NCBI RefSeq assembly: GCF_020745735.1
Contig: NW_026867677.1
Location: 62,001-126,000 of the forward strand
Reading direction: 5' to 3'
From: Hemiscyllium ocellatum
Lineage: Eukaryota
DNA length: 64,000 nt
Shown here: positions 35,781 to 48,586 of the stretch, piece by piece
Numbering within the stretch: the stretch's first letter is position 1
How the letters are laid out: each line of letters starts with the position of its first letter
Program-made: the position numbers and the translations under genes
The notes under the pieces: model-generated
What the model was told of the DNA's origin: nothing
Database searches by the model: none
What the model saw: only the letters and a program-made list of their open reading frames with translations

Positions 35781-38700
35781 CTGAAAGACAAAAGAAACAA
35801 TTTTAATCCCTGACATTTGAAGGGAATTCAACCCTCACAATATTCACTGACAATACGATCTTCTTGAACATTCTTAGTCAATACAGAATAAACCCAACAA
35901 ATGAACAGACACTGTTCAAATTGCTTCTTGCGATCTGAGTGTCACTGGCAGGGCCAGCATTCATTACCGTCCCTAGATGTCCCTGAGAAGGTGATGGTGA
36001 AGCAGCAGAGAGAGAAGGGACAATTTTGGACCATCAGTTATGGAATGAATGTGGGAAGCTGGAAGGGCTATCGATGGGGAAGCATTTTAGTGACACTGAT
36101 TACAACTCAGTGAGATTGAGAGGAGGAATGGAAATGGAGAACCATGGAGCAAGTGTAAAAGTTTTCATTTTACTAAACTGTGCGGTGCTTTGGTAAAAGT
36201 GGATCGGAACCAATGGCATGATGGGAAATCAGTGTCAGGGCAGTGGGAGCCCTCGAAGGATGAGACAGACTGTTCAGAATCTGTTCCCACAATGAGTAAG
36301 GGTGGGACTCCCACATCTAGACCAAAGAAACAAGAGGATTGGGGTTCACGTACTGACATGGATTGGGAACTGGTTGGCAGGCAGCACAGAAAGAATGAGT
36401 CTTTTTCTGAATGGCAGGTAATAACAACTTAGGGTGCCACAGGGTCAGCCCTTGGTACCCAGTTATTCATAATAAATAACAATAGAGTCATAGGGGCCCA
36501 AAAGACCCATCAGCCCATTGTGTCCATACTGGTCAAAAAACAACAACCCAATAATTGTCATCCATTTTTCCAGCAAAAGGGAATTAGATGCAATGTGTAT
36601 TTAAGAAGGAATTAGATATAGTTCTTAGGATTAAAGGGATCAAAGAATGTGGGGAGAAAGTAGGAACAGGGGACTGTGTTGGATGAACAGCCATGATCAT
36701 ATTGAAGGGTGGAGCAGGCCTTGAAGGGCCGAATGGCCTACTGCTGCTCCTGTGTTTGATGTTTCTATCTGTTTCTCAGATAATGAAGGAATGTCTCTCA
36801 TCATTTTGAAGCTGGAAGTCAGATGTGTGTGGAGGTGGAAGATGTGGCCATGGTGATTAATGCAGGTCAGTGAGGTGGTTCAGAAGACACATGGGATAAA
36901 CTGTTTTTCTTTTTCCCTTGATGGAATGAGGGCATTGCTGGATCGGCAGCATTTATTGCCCATCCCTAATCACCCAAAGGACAGTTTCGAGTCACCCACA
37001 TTGCTGTGGGTCTGGGGTCACATGGTAAGGATGGCAGTTTTCTTCCCTAAAGGACATAAGGGAATCAGATGCTTTTTCCTGACAATCAACGATGGTTTCA
37101 TGGTCATCATTAGTCTCTTAATTGCAGATGTTGTTTTGAATGAATTTGAATGCCACCATCTGCTGGATTCTAACCCTGGTCCCCAGAACATTACCTGGAT
37201 CTCTCGATTAACAGCTCAGCAATAACACCATTAGACCATCACCTCCCTTATCTCATTTTTGGTTGACTGTGAAAGCAAGGTGTTTGTTTATTCTGGAACT
37301 GTATAAAACCCCAGTTAGAGCACAGTGAGAGAACTGTGTACGGTTCTGGTCACCACATACAGGAAGGATGTGATTCCATTAGAGATGGGGACAGAGGAGG
37401 AGTTTGTCTGGAGTGGGGACTTTGAGCTTTGCGGAATGATTGGATTGGCTGGGACTGTTTTCTTTGGAACACAGGAGGCTGAGGGGAGATTTGATGGTGG
37501 TGTGTAAAATGATGAGGGGCCTGGACAGAGTGGGTAGGAAGGACTGATTTCCACCAGCACAGAGGGCAATAACCATGGGGAGAGATTGAAATCAGTTGGG
37601 GCAGGATTAGAGGGGGGTTGAGGGTCTTTGTTTTCACCCAAAGGTTGGTGGGATGTGGGACTCACTGTCTGAAAGGGTGGGAGAGGCAGAAACCCTCATC
37701 ACATTGAAAAAACACTTAGATGTTCACTTGAAACAGCAAAACTTCCAGAGCTATGGAGCAAGAGCTGGAATGTGGGATGGAGCGTGGTATCTCTTTAACA
37801 AACCTCCGATTACCCACAGATCAGGAGAACTTTATCCAAGAACATTGGAGAAGACTCGGATCCACACACGTCAGGAAAGAATCACGTTGGGGTGTCTGTG
37901 TAGAAGATTCTAGATTATATTTCAAACCTTGCTGCACACTATTGGGCTGAGGTCAAGGGTGAGGCTGCAAAGAGTCTCAGTGTCCTAGGGTCAGACAGGG
38001 TCACTGCTCCTAATGACCCCATGACTCCTGGAAGGTGAGAGTGCGCAGACAATTGATGAGGATCCAGATCAGGAGACTCCAACCTTCAAGAAAGACTTGC
38101 ACTTGTGTAGCACCTGTCCCCAATTCAGGATGTCCCACTGGATCTTTCCAGCAGACTGTGACCAGCGAGATCCCAAACACCATGTGATAATTAGCAGAGA
38201 AATACATTCTGAGTGATTTTGACTAGGGGATAAATATTGACCAGGGACACCAGGGGGAACTGCCTGCTCTTCATCCAACAGTGCCGTGGAATGGCATCTT
38301 TCACAACTGAAAGACTCTCAGTTATTCCAAAAAATGAAGAATAGTTCCTTGAAGATGAAGTTGCAGGTACATTGGGAAGTGACAAAGTTATTTGGTTTGC
38401 TTTCCTTTACTTGTCAGTGCATTGGATATTGGAGTTGGGAGCTGTTGCGGCTGTACAGGACATTGGTTAGGGCACTTTTGGAATACTGTGTGCAATTCAG
38501 TTCTCCTTGCTGTAGGAAAAATGTTGCGAATCTTAAAATGATTTACAAGGATGTTGCCAAGGTTGGAGGGTTTGCATGAAAAGGAGAGGCTGAATAGGCT
38601 GAGGCTGTTTTCCCTGGATCATTGCAGGTTGATGGGTGATCGTATAGAGGTTTATAAAATCATGAGCGGCATAGATAGAGTGAATAGAGAAGATTTTTTC

Positions 38701-41700
38701 TCCAGAGTTGGGGAGTCCAGAACTGGAGGGCATAGGCTGAAGGTGACAGGGGAAAGATTTAAAAGGGACCTAAGGGACGTTTTCAATCAGAGGGTGTTAA
38801 ATGTATGGAATGAGCTGCCAGAGGAGGTGGTGAAGGCTGGTACAATTACAACATTTAAAAGGCATGGGTATGTAAATAGAAAGATGTTAGAGGGATATGG
38901 GCCAAATGCTGGCAAGTGGGACTAGATTAATTTCGGATATCTGGTCAGCATGGACGAGTTGGACCAAAGGGTCTGATTCTGTGCTGTCCATCCCTCTGAC
39001 TCTAATTTTATTTCAATCCAGCCCTTAACACATCAGGCTCTCCCAAAGACAGTTACAGACAGTTTTGTTTGACAAGCAGTCACTGTTGCAATGTCAGTAA
39101 CGTGGCAGCCAGTTTCTGCACAGCAAGATCCCACTAGAAGCAATGAGATCAAAGACCAATAATGATGTTGGCTCAACGATAAATATTGGCCTGAACTCAA
39201 CCCAAAGAGAAAGGAATTTGGTTCAGTTGGATGGAAAATGAGAAAATGGAAGGTAAAGGAGGAGGTAGGATTGCTGGTTAGTGATGGGATTGATTGTTAC
39301 CAAAAAATAAAAGAAAGGGATGGAATTTTTGAATATCAAAGGGATCATAAAAGTGCAGGGAAAATCAATAATAGAACAAACTTAAAGAGTTTGTATCTAA
39401 ATGCACAAAGCATTCTGAGTAGGGTTGACAAAGTGATGTCACAATTCCAGGTAAATTGAGTTTCCAAGGAATTTAAACGAGTTAAAGTTGAGGAGGGCTC
39501 AGGAAAGGTTATTCATTTTTCTAGAAGATGTAAAAGGACAGAGAGTACAGAAAGGATCAGGAATCGAACATAAAGCACAGCAGATAAGGGGACAATGATG
39601 GGAAGGAGAGCAATCAATGCAGGACTAAGGGTGTTGTACTTAAATGCACACAATATACACAATGGGCTGGTAGTACAGATTGAAACTGGCAGGTACGATG
39701 TTGTGGGTATTACAGGGACATGGCTGAAAGGGAATTCGGGCTGGGAACTAAATATCCAAGGTTACATGTCCTATCAAAAGGACGGGCAGATTGGCAGAGG
39801 GGGAAGAGTTGCCTTGTTAGTGAGAAATGAAATTAAATCAATAGCAAGAAGTGATGTAGAGTTAGAAGGTGTAGAATCTGTGTGGGTAGAGCTGAGGAAC
39901 TGCAATAAATAAAGAATCTGATGCAAGTTATGTCCAGGTCTCCAAGCAGTAATCAGGGTGTGGGGAAGGAAATCAATTAGGAGACAGAAAATGTCAGGGC
40001 AGACTTCAATGGATAGGTGGGCTGGGTAGTGTATCTCAAGGAAAGGATTTCATGGAATGTCGATGATTTTGGAGCAGCTTGTGGTTGAGCCATTATGGAA
40101 CTGGCGGGTCTGGATTCAGTGATGTGTATTGAGGCTAACTTGATTAGTGAGTTTAAGGTGAAAGTATCCCTGTGGATAAGTGACCATAATACAATAGAAT
40201 TCCCCCTGTAGTTTGAGAGGGAGAAGTTGCAATCAGATTGAACAGTATTTCAGTTGAGTAAAGGGAACTCAATGTGGTGGAGAATAGTGGGAAGCCCGAG
40301 GATTAGGAAGCCTTTAAAAACCTGCAGAGGACAACTGAAAAAGCATTAAGGGTGGAGAATGTGAAATGTGGGAGTTATCTAGCCAGTAATATAAAAGAAG
40401 ATTGCAGGAGTTTTATCAGGTGTATAAAAAGGAAGAGGGAGTCAAAAATAGACTATGGATCACTGGAAAATGAGGCTGGAGAAAGAATAACAGGAAATGA
40501 AGGAATAGCAGAGGAATTGAATAGATATTTTGCCTCAGTCTGCACCATGGAAAACACCAGCAGTGTCCCAGTAATTCAAGACTGTCAGGGGTCGGAGGGG
40601 AGTGTAGTGGCCATCGCTAAGGAGGAGGTACTGGGGAAGCTGAAAGGTCTGAATATGGATAACGCACCCAGACTGGATGAACTACACCCATGTGTTCTGA
40701 AGGAGATCACTGAGGAGATTGTGGAGGCATTGGTGATGATCTTTCAGTAATCAATGGAGTCAGGGTATGGAGGTGAGATGGGGACGGATTTGGTGGGGGC
40801 AAGGGACAGGAAAATGGCTCACATACCACCCCTGTTTCAGAAGGGAGGGAGGTAGAAGGTGGGACATTGTAGGCCAGTTCGCCAGGACTCAGTTGTTGGT
40901 AAGGTTTTAGACTTCAATTTAAGGATGAAATTGCAGAGGATTGGAAGTGCAATGGCTTCATCAAGGAGACGTCATGCCTGGCAAATCTGTTAGAATTCTT
41001 TGAGGAGGCAATGAGCCAGTCAGACAAAGGAGAGTCCGAGGAAGTAATCTCTTTGGATTTCCACAAGGCATTTGACATAAGATAAGCGCCCACAGTATTA
41101 GTGGCAATGTAGTGGCATGGATTGAAGACTGGCAGGTTGGCATAAAGCAGAGCATGAGGAACAATGGCCGCTGGTGACTAGTAGAGTTCTGCAGTTGTCA
41201 ATGTTATGGCCATAACTATTCACGTTATACATTAACAATCTGGATGAAGGAAGTGAAGACATTGTTGCTAAGTTTGCACGTGACATGAGATAGGTGGAGG
41301 GACAGGTAGTGTTGAGGAAGTGGGAAGGCTGTAAAAGCTCCTGGATAGGCTCGGAGAGTGGGCAAAGAAGTGGCAGACAGGATACAATGTGTGACAGTGT
41401 GAGGGTATGCACTTTGGGAGGAAGAAGAGATGCAAAGACTGTTTGCTAAATAAGGAAAGCTTTTGGAAATCTAAAGCACAAACCTCATTCAGGTTTCCCT
41501 TCAGTTTAACAGGCAGGTCCAGTTTGTGCTTGGGAAGGCAAATGAAATGTTCGCATCCATTTCAATCGGGCCAGAATACAAGAGCAGAGATGTACTGCTG
41601 AGGCTGTGTAAGGCTCTGGTCAGACCACATTTTGAATATTGTGAGCAGATTTGGGACCCATATTCTAAGAAACAATGTGCTGGCATTGGAGGGGTTTACA

Positions 41701-44580
41701 AGAATGATCCTGGGGATGAAAGGCTTGTCATATGAGGCGTGGTTGAGGACACTGTGTCTGTACTCGATGGAGTTTAGAAGAATGAGGAGGGATCTGATTG
41801 AAATTTGCAGAATACTGATCGGCCTGGATAGAGTGGATGCAGGACAGACTCGGGAACCAAGGCACAGCCTCAGAATGAAGGGCCGACCCTTTTGAGCTGA
41901 GGTGAGGAGGAATTTCTTCAGCCAGAAGGTGGTGAATCTGTGGAACTCATTGTTACAGAGGGCAGGGGAGGCCAAGTCACTAAGTGTATTTAAGACAGAG
42001 ATAGATAGGTTCGTGATTGTGAAGGGGATCGAACGTTCCTGTGGAGTAGGCAGGAGAATGGGGGTGAGAAGCATATCTGCCAAGATCAAATGGCAGAGCA
42101 GATTCAATGGGCTGAATGGCTGATTTCTGCTCCTATTTCTTAAAGACTTCTGGAGAGTTTCCCCAAAACCCTGGAACACTGAACCCACTGGACTGTGAGC
42201 CCTGCTGGAGCTGTTTGTCATCAGAACTTTGCCAAGAGACAAACAAAGAGTGGAGAGAGTGTGCATCCATGTGGGAATTTCAGAATGTTTCCCAGCTCCT
42301 GGAATACCATGAGTACAGGAAGTGAAGTCTGTGACAGCAGTTAGAGCTCTGGGTTTTGGAGCTTGAGCAGCAGCTGGTGTCAGTGCGGAGCGTCTGTGAG
42401 GCTGAGAGCTCCGTGGAGAGCACGTTTCTAGATGTGGTAACTCTGCAGCCTCAGAGTATGCAGGGAGAGAGGGAATGGGGGAGCAGCAGACAGTCCAAAA
42501 GGATCAGGCAGCTAGTATAGGAGTCCCCAGGCATCCCACTCTCCAACCAGGATACAGTTCAGAATCCTGATGAGAATGATGGTTCATCTGGGGAGTGCAG
42601 CCAGAGCCAAGTCCCTGGCATCACTGGTGACTCAGCTATAATGGGGGGTTGCCGGGGCGGTGGTGGGGGTGGGGGGGGGGGGGTGGGGGGAGGGGGGGTG
42701 AGGGGTGGTGGGGTGGTGGGGTGGTATTAGCAAGACTGGAAGAGTGATCGTAAAAGGAGATTTGAGACTGAGGGCATCGATAGGTGTTTCTGCAGCTGCA
42801 GATGGGAATCCAGGATGGTGTGTTGTCTCCCTGGTGCCAGAGTGAAGGATGTCACTGAGCGACTGCAGAGCACCCTGAGGGGAGAGGGGGAATAGGCAGC
42901 AGTCGTGGTCCACATCGGTCCCAGTGACAGAGGGAGAAAAGGGATGTAGTCCTGCAGTCAGAATTTAGGGAGCTCAGAAGGGAAATAACATCAGGAACTC
43001 AAAAGTAGGAATCTTCAGGTTACTCCCAGTGCCCCAGGCAAGTGACAAGAGGAGCAGGAGGATAACACAAGTGACTGTGGGGCTGGGAAGAGGATCCAGG
43101 AGGGAGGGTTTTAGATTCTTGTGACATCGGGACTGGGTCTGGGGTAATGGGACCTGGATAGACCAGACAGCGTTGCTCCTGAACAGAGCTGGCACTGAGC
43201 TCCAATGAGGTGATCTACTCGTGCTGTTGGAGAGGGTTTAAACTAACTTGGCAGAGCTGTGGGAGTCAGGAGGGACTGTCAGAGAGGAACACCAAGGTCC
43301 ACAGAATCATCAGTGCAGTCAATAAGTCACCACCCAATGGGAAGGATTTAGAGGAATACATTTGCAAGGAATTTACAGTGACCTGCAAATATAATAGTCA
43401 TTACAAATGGGGTTGGGGGGGGGGGGTGGAATTTCTTTAATTTCTGAATATAGACTGGGGTAGTAGCAGTGTGAAGGACAGAGGGGCCAGAGTCGTGAGA
43501 GTGTGTTCATGTGAATTTTCTCCAGCTGCATGTTTCCAGTCCAATGAGAAAGGAGGCTCTGCTAGATCTGGATCTTGGAAATGAGGAGGCCCAAGTGGAT
43601 CACGTGTCAGTGAGAGGACACTTAAGGAAGAGTGATCATTGTATCACAAAGTTGAGGGTGACGGTAGAAAAGAACAAAGGCCTTTTCAGGGTAAAACATC
43701 TTCACTGGGGAAAATGCCAGCTTCTATAAGATATGGATGTCTCAGATCTGAATAAAGTTGGATCAAAGGTTGGCAGGAAAGTCCTGAAAAGAATAGTAGA
43801 GGATGTGGACCAGGTATATTCGAGATACATTTGAAGGAGGGCAAACAATTCCTGAACTTACTCAAGGGCAAAAGTGGTAGAATTATGGTAAATAAGAAAA
43901 GGGCAAAAGAGTAACTAGAGAGAGAATAGGGCCCCATGAAGATGAACAATGTACCTCTGGGTGGATCCACAGGAAATGGTTTAGGTCTTAAATGAATATT
44001 CCAGGTCAGTATTTATCATGGAGAAAGACATGGAAATTTGGGAACTTGGGAAATAAATAGTAATGTCTTGACACAAGTCCACATTATAGAAGAAGATTTC
44101 TTAAAGTGCAAGACGGTAGATAAATCTCCAGGACCTGATCAGGTGTATCCCAGGACATTGTGGAAAGCTAGGAAAGAGATGGCTGGATCCCTTGCTGAGG
44201 TATGTTTCTGATTGACAGCCATGAGTGAGGTTCTGGAGAACCAGAGAGGTTGGCTAATGTTAGCCATTATTTAAGAAAGGCTGTAAGGAAAAGCCAGGGA
44301 AATCTAATCCAGTGAGCCTGAAGTCATTGCTGGGTAAGTTATTGGAGTGAGTTCTGAGGGACAGGATTTACATGCATTTGGACAAACAATGCAGTTTTGT
44401 GCATGGTAATCATGTCTCACTAACGTGATTGAGATTGTTTGAAGAGAAGATTGATGTAGGCAAAACAGTACACACTGTCTATATAGACTTCAGCAAAGCA
44501 TTTGACAAGGTTCCACATGATAGACTGATTAGTAAGATTAGGCCACATGGGATCCAGGGGGAGCTAGCCATTTGGGTAAA
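35639..44580. repeat. Segmental duplicate partner of 1-8755
   Basis: Colinear match ending at gccatttgggtaaa (44580 / 8754). Confidence 0.95.
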
Positions 44581-44851
44581 AAAAAATGACTTCAAGATAG
44601 GAGACAGAGAGTGGTGGTAAGTGGTTGCTTTTCAGACTGGAGATCAGATGTCAGCTGTGTGCCACAAGGATTGGTGCTGGGTCCTTGGCTTTTTATCATT
44701 TAAATAAATGATTTGGATGTGAATATAGGAATTATGGCGAGTTTGTAAATGCCACCAAAATTGGTGGTACAGTGGATAGTGAAGAAGCTTATCTGAGAGT
44801 ACAGTGGGACCTTGATCATTTGGGGAAATGGGCAGAAGTGTGGCAAATGGA

Positions 44852-45063
44852 CAAAAGTGCAGACTGCAGATGCTGGAAACCAGAGTTTAGATCAGACTGG
44901 TGCTGGAAAAGCACAGCATGTCAGGCAGCATCCGAGGAGCAGAAAAATCGACTTTTCGGCTAGAGGAATACTGATGAAGGGCTTTTGCCCGAAACATCGA
45001 TTTTCCTGCTCCTTGGATGTTGCCTGACCTGCTGTGCTTTTCCAGCACCACTCTGATCTAAAC
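44852..45063. mobile_element. Palindromic PLE-derived insertion inside a CR1 RT
   Basis: Inverted arms. CUGAUGA-A-GGGC(UUUU)GCCC-GAAAC-AUC at 44971-44998. 14-bp TSD gtgtg(g/a)caaatgga (44838-44851 / 45064-45077). Confidence 0.85.
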
Positions 45064-45191
45064 GTGTGACAAATGGAGTTCAATTTAGATAAATGTGAGA
45101 TGTTGCATTTTGGAAAGTCAAACCAGGGCAGGAGTTATACTGTTAATGGTGGGGCCCTGTGGGGTGTTGCTCAACAAAGTGACCTCAGGGT

Positions 45192-45269
45192 GCAGGGGCA
45201 GGGGCAAGTGCAGGGTGCAGGGGCAGGGGCAGGGGCAGGGGCAGGGGCAGTGGCAGGTGCATGGGCAGG
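45192..45269 (+). repeat. (GCAGGG)n G-rich tandem repeat running into the gap
   Basis: Direct reading. Confidence 0.9.
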
Positions 45270-45506
45270 NNNNNNNNNNNNNNNNNNNNNNNNNNNNNNN
45301 NNNNNNNNNNNNNNNNNNNNNNNNNNNNNNNNNNNNNNNNNNNNNNNNNNNNNNNNNNNNNNNNNNNNNNNNNNNNNNNNNNNNNNNNNNNNNNNNNNNN
45401 NNNNNNNNNNNNNNNNNNNNNNNNNNNNNNNNNNNNNNNNNNNNNNNNNNNNNNNNNNNNNNNNNNNNNNNNNNNNNNNNNNNNNNNNNNNNNNNNNNNN
45501 NNNNNN
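45270..45506. other. Assembly gap (237 N)
   Basis: N run. Confidence 1.
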
Positions 45507-46388
45507 CAGTGAAGTCACAGGGAGACAGGGAGATGAAGAAGGTGTTGGGTACACTTGCCTTTATTGGTCACTGCACTAAGTATCAGAGTTGGGACATCAT
45601 TAACAGCTGTACAGGAAATTGGTGAGGCTATTTTGGGAATAACGTGGACAATTCTGATCATCCTGTGATAGGAAGGATGCTGTTAAACTTAAAATTCTGC
45701 AGAAAAGATTTACATGGATGTTGCCTGGAACTGGAGGGTTTGAACTGTCGGAAGAGGTTATTTTTCCTGCAGGATCGGAGACTGAGGGGTGGCCTTATAG
45801 ATGTTTATAAAATCTTGACAGGCATGGACAGGGTGTATATCCCAGGTCTTTGCCTTGGGAAAGGGAATGTAAAACTAGAGGGTATAGGTTTAAGATGAGA
45901 GGCAAAAGATCCAAAAGGGACCTAAGGGGTAACTTGTCACACAGAGGGTGGTGCGTGTCCAGATCGAGCTGTCAGAGAAAGTGCTGGAGACGGATACAAT
46001 TATAACATTTAAAAGATGTTTGGATGGGTACATGAATAGGAAGGGTTTAGAGGGATGTGGGCTAAATGCTGGCAAATGGGATGAGGTCAGTTTTGGATAT
46101 CTAGTTAGCATGGAGGAGTTAGACTGAAAGATCTGTTTCCACGCTGTCTGACTCTGTGAACATTAGTGGCTGGAAGAGCTGAGATCTTTTACCCTGAAGT
46201 GCCGGAGGCTGAGGAGTGACCTTACAGAGGTTTATAAAATCATGAGGGACATAAATAATGTGAATAATGCAGGAAGGAGGTGAATGTTTTGTAGAGCTGG
46301 TAAACATATGCACAAAGATCATTCCAGGGATGAGGAATATCAGTTCTGAAGATAGATTGGAGAATTTGGGACTGTCTTCTTTGGAGAA

Positions 46389-46590
46389 AGTTACAGATCA
46401 CACAACATCAGGTTATAGTCCAACAGGTTGATGTGGAAGCACTAGCTTTTGGTGCGCCGCTGACAATCATTTGATGAAGGAGGGATGCTCCGAAAGCTGG
46501 TGCTTCCAAATAAACCCCCTGTTGGACTATAACCTGGTGTTGTGTGATTTTTAACTTTGTCCACCCCAGTCCAACACCGGCACCTCCAAG
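46389..46590. mobile_element. Palindromic short insertion, second family (PLE-terminus-like)
   Basis: ~31-bp inverted arms (46397-46427 / 46518-46548). 11-bp TSD tctttggagaa (46378-46388 / 46591-46601). Empty site in the paralog near 9320-9332. Related pieces at ~33955-34045 and ~54560-54690. Confidence 0.85.
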
Positions 46591-47041
46591 TCTTTGGAGA
46601 AGGCAGCGAGGAGAATTGTTCCAGAAATTCAAAATCAGGAGGGGCCTGGAACAGAGTAAATTGGGAGAAAATGATTCCACTTGTGAAAGGATTGAGACTG
46701 TGAGGCCACAGATTGAAAGTAATTGGAAAAGTAAGAAAAGTGAGATGAGGGAAAACATTTTCAGCCAGTGGGTGGTTAAGGTGTGGAATGCACTGCCTGA
46801 GAGTGTGGTGGAGGCAGCTTCAATTAAAACATTCCGAAGGGAATGAGACTGTTATCTGAAAAGGAACAATGTGCAGGGTGACAGGGAGAAGGCAGGAGAA
46901 TGACACTCAGTCAATTGCTCATTCGGAGAGCTAGTCCAGACAGGATGGACGGAATGGCCTTCTTGTGCACTGTAACAATTCTGTGATTGTGTGATTGAGC
47001 AGAGTTAAAGCTGGGGGAGGTGGGAGCTCGGTGTCTCACTG

Positions 47042-47043
<2 letters not shown>

Positions 47044-47079
<36 letters not shown>
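47044..47079 (+). repeat. (CTG)12 microsatellite in the J-C intron
   Basis: Direct count. Confidence 0.95.
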
Positions 47080-47454
47080 AGGTCAGTGAGATCAGAGACT
47101 GGGACAGGGAGCCAGAGCTCACATCAAACTCTGCCCCGTGTCCGTCACACTGAGACTGGCAGGAGGCTACTCACTGATTTCACTCCATGCTGCAGGAATG
47201 GGACCACAGGCTGCAAATGGGCAGAGCTCCTCCACACGGTGAGTAAAACTTACTGACTTATATCTTGCTTTTTTTAAAGAGGGCATGAAAGTAAAGAAAT
47301 ACAGCTGGACACCCTGTTCGACACAGTGCTCCTCAATCAACCATTTCATTCACTGCAGCTTCCCACTAACACCTTCAACAAATCAGCAACTGTATTTTAG
47401 AAAGTGTGTTTCAGTATTGACAGGGTTAGTAACAGAGGATTGAGGTTTACTTAC

Positions 47455-47489
47455 TCAGTCTGAGCTTGGTTCCTTTACCGAACGTAAGA
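47455..47489 (-). CDS. IGKJ: Ig kappa J segment
   Basis: LTFGKGTKLRL (FGXG motif) followed by phase-1 donor A|GTAAGT at 47454. Confidence 0.96.
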
Positions 47490-47528
47490 CACAGTGAGAG
47501 CTCCCAGTGCAGAGGCTGTACAAAAACC
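47490..47528 (+). promoter_or_regulatory. 23-bp-spacer recombination signal sequence of J
   Basis: CACAGTG (47490-47496) + 23 nt + ACAAAAACC (47520-47528); perfect consensus. Confidence 0.98.
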
Positions 47529-47964
47529 TCAGCTCTCTGCTTTCCTCTTATCACTGTCAACCTCTCTCTGTCTCTGTGTGTCTATCGCTCACTCTCACCC
47601 TCTCCCTGCCCCTCTCTGTCTCTCCCTCATTCATGTGTCTTTCTCTCTCTGTCTCTCTGGGTTGTTTCCAGCTGGGCTCGGGAGGTTTGTGAAATTTATT
47701 TTTCGATGTTAAATCTTGAGGCAGCTCTTCACATGTGGCCATGGAGTGTAAGAGAGAAACTAGAGGCCTTCAGTGAGCGTTGAGACACCACAGGGACTGG
47801 AGTGTGCCGTGGACAGTGGAAATCCCAGCATGGGGTAATTTGATCAGTTTCATTCAGATCTAACTGGATATATCACTTCAGGCAGTGAGACTGTGTGTTC
47901 ATTATTATACATTTTATGTGACTGTGCGATGTGTCAGTCCAGGAGGTGGTGTTGTGCGTGTTGA

Positions 47965-47992
47965 GGTTTTTGTATGGCTCTGTATCACTGTG
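47965..47992 (-). promoter_or_regulatory. 12-bp-spacer recombination signal sequence of V
   Basis: CACAGTG-ATACAGAGCCAT-ACAAAAACC on the minus strand; perfect consensus, V12/J23 kappa polarity. Confidence 0.98.
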
Positions 47993-48291
47993 TCGAGGGT
48001 AGCTGCTATACTGCTGACAGTAATAGTCAGCGACATCCTCATTCTGAACGTTGCTGATTGTCAGGGTGAAACTGGTCCCTGATCCACTGCCGGTGAATCG
48101 ATCGGAGACTCCTGTGAATCGAGTTGCTGCATTGTAGATCAGGAGAGAGGGTTTCTGACCTTCTCGCTGCTGGTACCAAGCAAGGTTGCTGCTAATGCTT
48201 TGACTGGCCTTACAGGTGATGGTTGCGGTCTGGCCCAGTCCCACTGACAGCACCGGGGGAGACTGGGTCATGGTGATGTCCCCACTGATAC
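47993..48291 (-). CDS. IGKV: Ig kappa-type (NS4-like) V exon (L2 + V), unrearranged
   Basis: Acceptor cag at 48292-48294. [53 protein letters not shown]...[16 protein letters not shown]; Cys, Trp and YYC intact. Confidence 0.97.
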
Positions 48292-48477
48292 CTGAGGGGT
48301 CAGAGAGAAACACAGTGAAGTCAGAACTGTCACACAAAGAGCCTGTCAAATGAGAGATTGTTGGAGACACTGAGCATTCCTCTGGTTTCAGCATTTTCCC
48401 TTCAATCACAAGTCAGTGGAATTGGAGTGAAATGGAGAGCAGCTAAAGATTCAAGGTGGAAGGAGAGAGATTTGTAC

Positions 48478-48526
48478 CTGCGACACAGAATGCCAGGGGC
48501 CAGATCAGCTGGATGTGTGAAATCAT
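48478..48526 (-). CDS. IGKV: Leader (L1) exon of the V gene
   Basis: ATG at 48526; MISHIQLIWPLAFCVA + G|GTAC phase-1 donor; 186-bp intron to the V exon. Confidence 0.92.
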
Positions 48527-48586
48527 GGTGTGTGCTCCTGTCCCTGTGCCTGGTTCCTGATAAACTCTCCCTTCTCTGGGCTCTGC

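Noticed and set aside
45192-45269. Class-switch-like region
   Set aside because: This is a light-chain locus, there are no AGCT motifs, and the G-rich strand is the template strand for this minus-strand gene.
45073-45625. Long ORFs in the supplied track
   Set aside because: They span the N gap and simple repeat; the flanks are CR1.
47038-47044. Lone heptamer in the J-C intron as an analogue of the mammalian intron RSS (paralog 8877-8883)
   Set aside because: No nonamer at 12 or 23 nt, a 7-mer is expected by chance in 64 kb, and the nearby rearrangement junction is ~120 bp away from it.
48311-48317. CACAGTG in the leader-V intron as a cryptic RSS
   Set aside because: No acceptable nonamer at either spacing.
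47873-48409. 178-aa ORF as a single-exon protein
   Set aside because: It is the V exon read through intron and RSS; the true structure is L1 exon + L2/V exon.
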